Below are positions 51,701 through 63,045 of a stretch of DNA of 64,000 bases, piece after piece. Under the pieces are notes generated by a model, which saw nothing but the letters and a program-made list of their open reading frames with translations, ran no database searches and was not told the DNA's origin. Made by a program: the position numbers and the translations under genes. Source of the DNA: Octopus sinensis (Eukaryota); the NCBI RefSeq assembly GCF_006345805.1, contig NC_043000.1, forward strand, positions 49,414,001 through 49,478,000, written 5' to 3'. The stretch's first letter is position 1; every line of letters begins with the position of its first letter.

Positions 51701-52299
51701 CTATTAATGAACTTCAAGCCTCTGGCCACAGGCAACCCAGACATACCTCCTTAGCTGACAGACCCACAAGGGCAGGGTATTTAATAGCTGCTACTCATAA
51801 AGTCTATAGCCTACTTATGTTGGCCTTGATACTTCAACTGTAACCCAGTATCATCAAAATGGTTATCCCTAAAAAATACTGCTTCTACTAATGTGTTCAA
51901 ACACCACAGAACAATGACTCAGCTACTGGTTCCTGCCAACATCTTATCCCACAATATGAGGTACCCAATACAAGGAACTGATTTTGCTGAACATACAATA
52001 CCATTGTTTTCTATTATTATAGTGCTGTTATTATTGTGCCAATTCCTTTTCCAAAACATGTGGACTAAAAAATAAAGAAAGTAATTGGTGTCGTTTTAAT
52101 AATATAAATAATCTAGGATGATCACTGGAGTCTTGAACACCTGGAAACCACTTTGAATTCCTTTCAAACCTTTCACTCTACCTTTCAGGGTCTGATGAGA
52201 TCCTGAAATACCTCTCAAATACTTTGATTATATGAGAGGTAAGTGAGATTGGCTGGCAGTTCACTGCAAGGTACTTGTTTCCCTTTTTGAAAACTGGGA

Positions 52300-52834
52300 C
52301 AACAGACTAGGACAGAAAGTTCTTGGGAAATATCATATCACCTTTCATATCCTCAAGGTATTTGAGAGGGTGGTGAGATCACGGATAACCCACTGTCTTG
52401 AAAGCAATGGACTGTTGAATTCCAACCAACATTGGTTCTGTAATGAGAGGAACTGCCAAATGCAGCTCCTGCATCACCTTGATGACATTTTGAGAGCTTT
52501 GGGAGGGGGCTCAAATACTTATGTCATCTACATTGATTTCAGCAAGGCTTTTGACCGGGTGGATCATATGATCCTCTTGAAAAAACTATCCAACATTGGT
52601 GTCTGTGGAAAGTTACTCCAGTGGATCAAGTGTTACCTGACAGACAGATCCCAACATGTAGCTGAAGGAGCAAAATCAAGCCCAGCCAAAGTCAGTAGCA
52701 GCATTCCACAAGGTACTGTGTTGGGCCCACTTCTTTTCATCATCTACATCAATGACGTTACTGACATCATCAAGTACACTAACATAAGAATCTTTGCAGA
52801 TGATTCCAAGATCCATAAGGTCATCAGTCTCTAA
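52300..52834 (+). pseudogene. CR1/L2-group LINE reverse transcriptase fragment
   Basis: KVFERVV..SNQH.F...YIDFSKAFDRVDH..LLKKL..G..GKLLQWIK.YLTDRSQ...IPQGTVLGPLLFIIYIND...IFADDSKI; truncated at both ends. Confidence 0.92.
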
Positions 52835-54313
52835 CTCCTTACAAACTTTGTAGACGAAAGATCTGGAAACTTTTAAAAATCAAGATTCTTCTAAATCACT
52901 ATGCTCAGCCTTTATAACTGCAATAACAGCATGCCTCTTCATTTTTTTGAGTAAGCTGAGGGTCTGCCATTATTATTTTCTGAAACAAAGATTATATAGA
53001 CTTAGCAAAAAATGCAGCAACGACCCCCTCCCAAATATGTCCTCAAATACCTTACACACCCTGTATATATATATATATATATATGATATATACGTATGTG
53101 TGTGGGTATATGATATATATACACATATATATAGGTGTATTTATGATATGTATATATGTATGTGTATATATAATATATACATATGTATATATGAGATATC
53201 TACATGTACATATGTATATATGATATATATGTATATGTGTGTATGACATATATATATGTATATGTGTGTATGATATGTATCTGTATATATATTTGTGTGT
53301 TTGTATGTATATATGTATGTTTATAAATACACAAAACCATATACGTGTCTGTATACAGTAAACATTACTGCCTTTTCAAACAGTAATTTTAAAGGTTAAT
53401 GCCTGCGAGAAATTTATTGAAGTGTGTCTATATATCTAAGACAAACACATGAATATACATTTATATATAAATATCTTTTAATACATTTCTTTTTGGTTTA
53501 CATTTCTCTATTGTTTGATGTTCTTTATATGATTTTCTTTTTCCTTTTTTCAATTTATTTGTCTCATTTTCTCCTTTGAGCAATGTATATAATATACACA
53601 CATGTGCACACTCACAAACACACACACACACACACACACAAACAATCTCAAAGCAAATCAAGTTAGATACTTTAGGTGTTATGAAAATACGTAGAAATTT
53701 GTATGTAAATATGTGTGTGCAGACATGCATATAGATATTTATCTTCAACTATAATATATTCACACACATGCATACACACATATCATTATATATATTGAAA
53801 TTTGTACTCAGGACGCAAAGAGAGACAAAACACTGCTGAGCATTATATTCACCGTTCTAACAATTTTGCCGCTTGTTTTTGTCTCATTGTCACACTCTTT
53901 CTCTTCATCATCTAGCACAAGATCACCTCCTCCAATGCCCCTTCTACTTTCAAAGGATCTTTGTCTTGCAAATTACTTGGTGACCCTACTAATGCTGGTG
54001 CCACTTAAAAAGCATTCAGTTCACAATGTAAAGAGGTTGGCATTTGGAAGGGTATCCAGCCATAAAAACCATGTCAAAACTGACCTCATTAGGGCTGGTG
54101 CTATGTAAAAAGCACTCAGTCCACTCCACGAGGTGGTTGGTGTTAGGAAGGGCATCCAGCCATTACTAACACTGTGCCAAAAACTGTACCAAAACAGATA
54201 CAGAAGTCTGGTACAGTCTTCTGTGTTCCTGTCAAACCGGCCAACTTCTGCCAGTACGAGAAGGTGGACCTTAAACAATGATGATGATCATCATCATCAT
54301 TATATACATACTT

Positions 54314-54344
<31 letters not shown>

Positions 54345-55590
54345 AACCAAATCAAAATAGATGAATATCAATGGAATTTGTATCTTTGTGGTTCCAGTAC
54401 CGGTGGCACACAAGAAAACCATCCGAAGTGGCCGTAGCTGGTACCGCATCGACTGGCCTCCGTGCTGTGGGCACAACAAACACCATCTGATCGTGGCCGT
54501 TCGCCAGCCTCACCTGGCACCTGTGTCGGTGGCACATAAAAACACCATCCAAAGACCCGGCGACGTAGTCAGTCCACCTGTGCATACCTTCCCTCTTATG
54601 ACACTTGTGAAGACCTGTTGAGGCAGAGGCAAGTGTGTGACACTTGTGAAGACCTGTTGAGGCAGAGGCAAGTGTGTGACACTTGTGGAGACCTGTTGAG
54701 GCAAGTGTGTGACACGCGTGACACTTGTGAAGACCTGTTGAGGCAAGTGAAAATCAAACCAAATCAAAATAGATGACATCAATGGAATTTGTATCTTTGT
54801 GGTTCCAGTACCGGTGGCACACAAGAAAACCATCCGATCGTGGCCGTTCGCCAGCCACATCTGGCACCTGTGTCGGTGGCACATAAGACACCATCGAAGA
54901 CCCGGCGACGTAGACAGTCCACCTGTGCATACCTTCCTTCTTGTGACACTTGTGAAGACCTGTTGAGGCAAGTGACACTTGTGAAGACCTGTTGAGGCAA
55001 GTGAAAATCAAATCAAATCAAAACAAATCAAAATAGATGAGCATAAATGGAATTTGTATCTTTGTGGTACCAGTGCCGGTGGCACACAAGAAAATCATCC
55101 GAACGTGGCCGTAGCCAGTACCGCATAGACTGGCCTCCGTGCTTTGGGGACGTAACAAACACCATCCGATCGTGGCCGTCCGCCAGCCTCATCTGGCACC
55201 TGTGTCGGTGGCACATAAAAACACCATCCGAGCGTGGCCGTCTGCCAGCCTCGTCTGGCACCTGCCAGCCTCATCTGGCACCTGTGTCGGTGGCACATAA
55301 AAACACCATCCGAGCGTGGCCGTCTGCCAGCCTCGTCTGGCACCTGTGTCGGTGGCACATAAAAACACCATCCGAGCGTGGCCGTTCGCCAGCCTCGTCT
55401 GGCACCTGTGTCGGTGGCACATAAAATCACCCACTACACTCTCGGAGTGGTTGGCGTTAGGAAGGGCATCCAGCTGTAGAAACACTGCCAGATCTGACTG
55501 GCCTGGTGCAGCCTTCGGGCTCCCCAGACCCCAGTTGAACCGTCCAACCCATGCTAGCATGGAAAACGGACGCTAAATGATGATGATGAT
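54345..55590 (-). repeat. S3 SINE with massively expanded internal tandem repeats (~62-bp, ~30-38-bp and higher-order units)
   Basis: The unit accatccgatcgtggccgttcgccagcctcatctggcacctgtgtcggtggcacataaaaac recurs at 55162-55425. gacacttgtgaagacctgttgaggcaagt recurs about 6 times at 54600-55000. The block aaatcaaaatagatga..atggaatttgtatctttgtgg occurs at ~54348, 54760 and 55026. Confidence 0.9.
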
Positions 55591-55600
55591 GATGATGATG

Positions 55601-55628
55601 ATACACATATATATATCATCTCCAAACC

Positions 55629-55665
<37 letters not shown>

Positions 55666-56467
55666 TTATTTAATATCCACTTTCCATGCTAGCATGGGTT
55701 GGACGATTTGACTGAGGTCTGGCAAACCAGACTCCAATCTGATCTGGCAGAGTTTCTACAGCTGGATGTCCTTCCTAATGCCAACCACTCTGAGAGTGTA
55801 ATGGTTGCTTTTACATGCCACCGGCATGGGGGCCAGTTAGGTGGTACTGGCAACAGCCATACTCAAATGGTGCTTTTTATGTGCCACCTGCACAGGAGCC
55901 AGTCCAGCGGCACAGGCAACGATCTCGCTCAAATGTGTTTTTCACGTGCCACCAGCACAAGTGCTAGTAAAGCACCACAGGTAACGATCACACTTGAATG
56001 GTGTTTTTAACATGCCATATATATATATATATATATATAATATATATATATATATACACATATATATATCATCTCCAAACCTTCTAATATATATATATAT
56101 ATATATATATCATTATTTAATATCCACTTTCCATGCTAGCATGGGTTGGACGATTTGACTGAGGTCTGGCAAACCAGACTCCAATCTGATCTGGCAGAGT
56201 TTCTACAGCTGGATGTCCTTCCTAATGCCAACCACTCTGAGAGTGTAATGGTTGCTTTTACATGCCACCGGCATGGGGGCCAGTTAGGTGGTACTGGCAA
56301 CAGCCATACTCAAATGGTGCTTTTTATGTGCCACCTGCACAGGAGCCAGTCCAGCGGCACAGGCAACGATCTCGCTCAAATGTGTTTTTCACGTGCCACC
56401 AGCACAAGTGCTAGTAAAGCACCACAGGTAACGATCACACTTGAATGGTGTTTTTAACATGCCATAT

Positions 56468-56480
<13 letters not shown>
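55601..56480. repeat. Near-perfect ~450-bp direct tandem duplication (S3 SINE plus AT tracts)
   Basis: Identical ORFs at 55699-56010 and 56146-56457 (offset 447); only the AT tract lengths differ. Confidence 0.95.
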
Positions 56481-56503
<23 letters not shown>

Positions 56504-56576
56504 CATGCACACACACACACAAGCTCAGACACACACATTGGGTTGAAAATCTCTTTTGAATAGAAAAAATTCAAAG

Positions 56577-56645
56577 CTTGCCCATAAGACCCAAACCTAG
56601 ATCTCCTGTAAACATGGCAAGTATTCTACCATTCGATCAAAGCAA
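56577..56645 (-). other. Degenerate tRNA(Gly)-like sequence / SINE head
   Basis: Minus strand atggtagaatacttgcc...aggagatctaggttt resembles gtggtagaattctcgcc...gggaggcccgggttc; acceptor stem not intact. Confidence 0.3.
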
Positions 56646-57105
56646 TCTTTAACATGTCTTTATACATTTTAGGAGCATTTTTCTTTTATCCATGAGAATT
56701 GTATGTTGTTGACATCATAAAATTTTAGTATCTTTAAAGAGGATTGAACTGTGAATCTCGAAGCGCATAAAGCTATAAATAACAGCATGTAAATATTGGA
56801 CTGAAAATCCCTTTTGAGTATATATTATATTGTTATGATTAGCAAGAAATCCTATGGAGAACTTTCATTAGCCAATAAAGAAACTAAGGTATTATTAGGG
56901 TAGTGAGCTGGAAGAATTGTTGGATCATTGTAAAAAATGCCTTGCAATATTTATTTAGGCTTTGTATATTATGATATTAAGGCATTGATATTGAAGATAG
57001 AGAGGGATCACTAAGAGAGATGGTTAATGTGAGAGGATAAGAAATACAGGATGCAAAGTGAATGAAGGAAGAGGATTAAAATATGTACATGAAATTAGAT
57101 ATATA

Positions 57106-57538
57106 GGCTCAGGCATGGTTAAGTGGTAAGGAATTAGCTTCCCAACCACATGGTCCCCGGTTCAGTCCCACTGTGTGGCACCTTGGGCAAGTGTCTTATA
57201 CTATAGCCACAGACCAACCAAAGACTCGTGAGGGTGGGATTTGGTAGACAGAAACTGAAAGAAGCCCAAAGTGTGTGTGTGTGTGTGTGTGGTGTGTGTG
57301 TGTGTGTGTGTGTGAGTGTGTGTGGGAGTGAGTGTGTGTGTGTATATATACATATTTGCTCCCCACCACCACTTGACAACTGGCGTTGGTGTGTTTACAT
57401 CTCAGTAACCTAGGGACCAATTCAATAAGTAGCAGGCTTAAAAAGAAAATAAGTACTGGGTTCAATCAGTGAGACTAAAATTCCTCAAGACAGGGCTCCA
57501 GCAAGGCTGCAGTCTAATGACTGAAACAAGCAAAAGAT
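57106..57538 (+). mobile_element. SINE family S1 copy
   Basis: aggctcaggcatggttaagtggtaagg head through the tail. Confidence 0.85.
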
Positions 57539-58002
57539 AATAAATATATTTCATATATTCACAAGAAGTGAGAAGGTGAAAGGTTACTGTGGTTACAATG
57601 CAAATAAAAGTGTCATGTGATTACAGTGAACATAAATGAAACTATAACAATATGAACTTCATTTAGTGCAAAACTAATGGTTACTGTTTCCTGGTAATTT
57701 GGCAGTGAACTGTTCTAATAAGGAGTCATTATTTCTCCTTTTCTCTTTATATATCTCCCTATATATGTCTTCCTCTCATTTCCAAGTTCAAAATACAATG
57801 AGTGTGGTAATATTTAAACTGAAGGCTATGTTATCAGTAGAGCAGTATATTATTCTCACAGTATACCAGTCTGTCTTACACCACCCCTGAAGCTATGATA
57901 CAAGCAATCTGGCTTTAAATTATCTGAATTAAAACATTCAGTTAAAATTTCGTGTTAATTTACATTCTAAACAACCAACTAATTAATACTATTTTACTCT
58001 TT

Positions 58003-58588
58003 TTACTCTTTTACTTGTTTCAGTCATTTGACTGCGGCCATGCTGGGGCACTGCCTTTAGTCGAGCAAATCGACCCCAGGACTTATTCTTTGTAAGCCTA
58101 GTACTTATTCTATCGGTCTCTTTTGCTGAACCACTAAGCTATGGGAACAAACACAGACACACAAACATATACACACACACACATACATACACACACACAC
58201 ATATATATATACACTACCGTCAGAAATTAATTAGCACCCTTGATTTGCTCTTCACTCAAGGTATGTGCTGTCACCTAGTGGCCATATCTCGAACTATTGC
58301 TTTGTTGCGAGTTCACTGTTGCGCAGAACGATGACGTAACTTTGTTTGCAGAGCAGTTTGAGAGTCTACAGCCTTATGATGTTGACATAGCAGTGCAACA
58401 ACAACTTGGAGTGCGGATGCAGACAAATCTTCCTTTGTTTAATAGATATAGGTAGCGCCTCGCAAGGACCGAAATCACACCATACTAAGTTTTCTCATCG
58501 CGTAAGACGTTTTGAACAGCTCATAGGTTAATTGATTTAACCTATTTAATGTAGAAATTTGAGAAGTGCTAATTAATTTCTGACGCAA

Positions 58589-58625
<37 letters not shown>

Positions 58626-58787
58626 TATGACAAGCTTCTTTCAGTTTCCGTCTACCAAATCCACTCACAAGGCTTTGGCTAGGCCCAAAGCTACAGCAGA
58701 AGACACTTGCCCAAGGTGCCATGCAGTGGGACTGGACCTGGAACCATGTGGTTTGTAAGCAAGTTACTTACCACAGAGCCACTCCTA
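58003..58787 (-). mobile_element. S1 SINE interrupted by a MITE
   Basis: SINE halves at 58003-58210 and 58592-58787. Confidence 0.85.
58212..58591. mobile_element. Tc1/mariner-type MITE, 380 bp, 26-bp TIRs
   Basis: cactaccgtcagaaattaattagcac versus the reverse complement of the right end, cacttgcgtcagaaattaattagcac; inserted in a (TA)n tract. Confidence 0.85.
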
Positions 58788-59537
58788 TGGATATTCTAAA
58801 AAATTCCTCATCTTCAAAATTAATTGAAACAAAAGCAGAGTGTATTTCAGTAGTAATACAGTAATGAAGTGGTTATTAACATTGTTGACAATATGCTGAC
58901 ATGGGAGAGTTAGCTCTTATGCAGCAGCAGATGAGATGATTGTCATCTGGAGATGTAATGTTGTCAGAAGTTGAGATGCAAACTCTTCAACTACAACGTC
59001 TCAAGTTCAGTCCCACCATCTGGCACCTTCAGTGAGTGTCTTCTACTAAAGCCCCAGGCAGAACAGAGCTCTGTGAGTGGATGTGAGAAACTGAAAGGAG
59101 CCCATCATGTTTGTGTGTATGTGTGTGTGTGTGTGTGTGTGCACGTGTGCATGTCTGCATGCATATGTGTGTATTGGTGTTTGTCCATGAACATAACTTG
59201 ACAACTGGTATTGGCTTGATTACATCCCTCTAACTTTGGATTTTAGCATAACAGACCCAAAAAAATAAGTTCCAGGCTTTAAAAAATAAACGGTGCTGGG
59301 GTCAGTTAGTTCAACTAAACTCTGCAAAGCAGTGCCCCTACATGGTTGCAGTCTAATGACTGAAACCAGTAAAATATAAGAGACAGAAGATAAATGAGCT
59401 AAAACAGTCATCTTTAGATTCAGTTGTGTCAATGTAGTAAACAGATGAATTAACAGTTACCTAAAAATCCGGTGCCACGTCAAAGAAATTGATTATCATC
59501 CATAAGTCTTGTGTGTATATTATCTAAAACTTTCAGT

Positions 59538-59620
59538 CAACTGATCTTAATGCGGTTATTGCCTTTATTTGTTTTTTGAGGTTGAACACCCATAGGGGAA
59601 GGTTTTGTCTACTAATTGCT
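59538..59620 (-). pseudogene. Third Penelope-like ORF shred
   Basis: QLVDKTFPYG...NNRIKIS resembles LIDKHFP....FN.NT.KISYS; very short and frameshifted. Confidence 0.35.
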
Positions 59621-59946
59621 AGGATATCATCAACTGATTAAAACTTGCCAATTCACCGCCTTATATATATGAGACCATACTGTATTTATATTTAGTATAT
59701 AGAATGCTCCCGTGAGCTATTTTTTCTCAATCATATTATCAATATACAGAATCAGCATTACTGAATTCTGTTTCTTCCTATATATATATATTTATTGATG
59801 ACTTTTAGTGTTGTCAGCCAAGTAAGAGATGATTCACAGGGGAGGTTTAACAAGAGCAAACCATAATGATGATGACAAGATTTTTATTGTGGTCACTGAC
59901 CTGTCCAACAAATAGAAAAAAGAAAAAGAAACGGAAACTCCTTTAA

Positions 59947-60171
59947 CCCTTCTGTTATCTCGTTTCTGTTCAAATAAACTGCTTTTGTTTCAATTAAGTT
60001 CGAAAATAATAAAGCATCCAGTGAAATAACTTCGTCATTGTTAATCAGTTATTTGCTTCATAAATTAACATGAAATTTTGATGAAAGATTTTCATTTAAA
60101 TCGCTTCCAAAGAGGAAGTTGTCTGTCTTGTAGAACCAGGGGCACTCTCAGGCTGAGTGTTATCAACAGGG
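59947..60171. mobile_element. piggyBac-like MITE (TTAA-CCC...GGG-TTAA)
   Basis: TTAA at 59943-59946 and 60172-60175; ends ccctt.tgttatc and gttatcaacaggg; related copies at 23111-23320 and split at ~57890-58870. Confidence 0.7.
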
Positions 60172-60538
60172 TTAAACTGACCATTTCTTTCATTTGCACC
60201 CTTTCCTCCAATATCTTAATCTTTCACCATCTTTCCCCTCCACAAATCCTTTTGCGCTCTCTCTCTCTCTCCCACCCTCTCTCCCTTCTCCCCCTCTTCT
60301 CCCTCCTCTCTCTCTGATTCAGTACTTACTTGCATGTACAACAGCCAGGCTGGGTGTTATAAAAAGGGTTAAACTGATCATTTCTTTCATTTGAACCCTT
60401 TCCTCCAATATCTTAATCTTTCACCACATTTCCCCTCCTCAAATCCTTTTGTGCTCTCTCTCTCCCCCTCTCTCCGTTCTCCCCCTCTTTTTCCCTCCCC
60501 TCTGTCTGATTCAGTACTTACTCACATGTACAACAACA
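60148..60538. repeat. ~195-bp tandem duplication of the MITE right end plus CT-rich flank
   Basis: caggctg.gtgttat.aa.agggttaaactga.catttctttcatttg...tctgattcagtacttact..catgtacaaca occurs twice. Confidence 0.85.
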
Positions 60539-61233
60539 AACACCTTATTATTTCTGATTCTCCCCTGGTTTTCCAAACTCTGAGGAAAAGGTTAAGAAAA
60601 ATAGACCTTCACCTTGAGATTCGACTCTTTGTGACATGCAAGCTTAAACTTTCCACTTTACAAATAAATGCAATTTATGTCAGCCACCACAATTTTATAC
60701 TAGCAAACAATAGCAGTGACTTGAAGTTTCATGTACTGATGATCCTGTTTAGATGGGGTCCTCATCAGATTGGCTTGTTATGGATCACAGTACTAACTTT
60801 AATGGGTGTTGAGTTCACCATTACATGAAACTTAGAGTTGAGACTGTTTTACTTTTTGTTAGTATGATTGTCATTTAAAGTGTACCATATGTTCTCACAA
60901 TATTTATAAAGTTGAGTGCCCTTTGCATTGACTAAAAGCCACAATCAATCATGTATATGTGTGTGTATATGTGTATGTGTATATATATATATATATAAAT
61001 ATATATATGTTGTTGCATTTAGGAATGGTCATTTTGCCAGTTTAGCCAATAAAAACACATGCACTATATATTTGGTGTTACTTTGCTTCAGATTTATTTA
61101 TTTTTTACTTTAATCTTAATCTTATTTCGGCCAGAGTTCTTTCATCACACTGGCAAAATGACCATTCCTAAATACAACAACATCTATTTCAACACACGAT
61201 TTCACATCAAGAATCTTGCAAAGCAAATATATA

Positions 61234-61284
<51 letters not shown>

Positions 61285-61379
61285 TACTGTCGTTACTGTC
61301 CTGTTTTTCTTACCATTTTTACCCCTCCGCAAAAAAAAATCACAAATTTTATTTAATTTGATTTTCGCAGGAAGGAAAG

Positions 61380-61670
61380 TTTCATTAAAGTCATGTATCG
61401 CCTTGACCTTCGAAACGTGGAGTAGATGAAACAAAGGCGACTGAAGAAGGGGAATTTTCCTTGTTTTGTATGTCCTATACTCTATTTTTTCGTTGTTTAA
61501 GAAAAATGTCCATTTCCTTGGTTTTGTGTTTATGTTTTCGTTTCTCATTGTGTTCGACGTTTTTTTGGTGTCCTGTACCATATATGCATGTATATATACA
61601 TGTAGAGGTAGGTACGTACATATATGTATGTATATATGCATATGTTTTATTTATTTATTAATTTATTAAT
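61380..61670 (+). mobile_element. Non-palindromic copy of the palindrome-D family with extra upstream sequence
   Basis: ggcgactgaagaaggggaattttccttg...gcatatgttttatttatttatt matches 6919-7143. Confidence 0.85.
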
Positions 61671-61696
61671 TTATTAAATATAAGTACATATATATA

Positions 61697-62322
61697 CACG
61701 TGGTCTGATCAATATATATCTGAACTATTGCTTATAGTAATGAAGCTAAAACATGGAGATTGAAGCTGCATGACACAGATTGACCTTCAGCTATGCTGTG
61801 CATGCATACTGTTTTAATGTTCTAGCTCACCTCCGTTGTTTAAAGCAGTGCCTGGAAGGCAGGTGTGTAGCGTGTGATTGTCGCATTGACAATGACAGAA
61901 AGTTTGCCAAAAGCTTAGTGATGCCTGCTGAGAGACTTACACGAAGTTTTCAAAAAGTTTTCATTGTTTTCAACGCAATCAAGGAGATCTGTGTCCTTTT
62001 GGTCAGCTGAAAGCTGTTTTGGCACAAACTTGGCAGACACGCGTCTCATACCAAAATCTTCAGTGATAGTTGACTGAACTGAACCATATCTAATCTGCAC
62101 ACCTTCTGATAACTAACGGATGGTGATTTGATTATTTCTCCTCACAGCTGCACGCACATCTGCGATGTATTTCTCAGTTCTGCTGGTTGTGAGTCTCCCA
62201 GAACGTTCATTAATATTGACATTGTTTCAGCCATGTTGGAAACATCAGAGCACTTGTACACTTGAGAATGCCTATTTCACTCCTCTCCATACACTTTCTG
62301 CAACTTTGTGTAGGCCTCTGAG
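61697..62322. mobile_element. Degenerate mariner: 5' TIR/UTR plus ORF start on + (61697-~61955) fused to a transposase HTH segment on - (~61960-62322)
   Basis: TA-cacgtggtctgatcaata TIR; ATG at 61892 (MTE..CQKLSDAC*ETYTK). Minus strand: SEAYTKLQKVYGEE...RSGRLTTSRTEKYIADVRAAV...ITIR*LSEGVQIRYGSVQSTITEDFGMRRVSAKFVPKQLSADQK (mariner WVP/FVP motif). Confidence 0.85.
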
Positions 62323-62384
62323 GGGACAAACACAGATGTACAAACATATACCCACACATACATACATATCTCTCTCTTTTACTC

Positions 62385-62591
62385 TTTTACTTGTTTCAGC
62401 ATTTGACTGCAGCCATGCTGGAGCACCACCTTTAATCGAGCAACTTGACCCTGGGACTTATTCTTTGTAAGCCTAGTACTTATTCTATCGGTCTCTTTTT
62501 GCCGAACCACTAAGTGACGGGGACATAAACACACCAGCACCGATTGTCAAGCAATGCTAGGGGGACGAACACAGACACACATACATACACG

Positions 62592-62638
<47 letters not shown>

Positions 62639-62819
62639 ACATATATACAACGGGCTTCTTTCAGTTTCCGTCTACCAAATCCACTCACAAGGCTTTGGTC
62701 GGGCCGAGGCTATAGTAGAAGACACTTGTCTAAGGTGCCACGCAGTGGGACTGAGCCCAGAACCATGTGGTTGGTAAACAAGCTACTTACCACACAGCCA
62801 CTCCTGCGCCAGCATCGGT

Positions 62820-62875
<56 letters not shown>

Positions 62876-63045
62876 TACAACAGGCTTCATTCTGTTTCTG
62901 TCTACCAAATCCACTCACAAGGCTTTGGTTGGCCAAAGTCTATAGTAGAAGACACTTGCCCAAGGTGCCACACAGTGGAAATGGACCCAGAATCATGTGG
63001 CTAGTAAGCAAGCTACTTACCACACACCCACTCCTGTGCCTATAG
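62385..63045 (-). mobile_element. S1 SINE (62385-62808) plus a second partial S1 (62870-63045)
   Basis: Full S1 pattern followed by a repeated head half after (AT)n. Confidence 0.85.

Noticed and set aside
52188-52213. Hammerhead-like GGU-CUGAUGA-GAUCCU-GAAAU-ACC
   Set aside because: No room for helix III or a cleavage triplet, stem II does not pair, and the flanks form a competing TTTCAGG/CCTGAAA hairpin.
55162-55425. CRISPR-like regular repeat array
   Set aside because: Units are contiguous with no unique spacers, lie inside a eukaryotic SINE, and have no cas genes nearby.
60391-60828. 145-aa plus-strand ORF
   Set aside because: The first half is the CT-rich tandem duplication; the rest has no recognisable motif or splice support.
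61410-61460. Permuted (type II) hammerhead from GAAACGU...CUGAAGA
   Set aside because: The cleavage-site base would be G and the intervening sequence does not form stem I.
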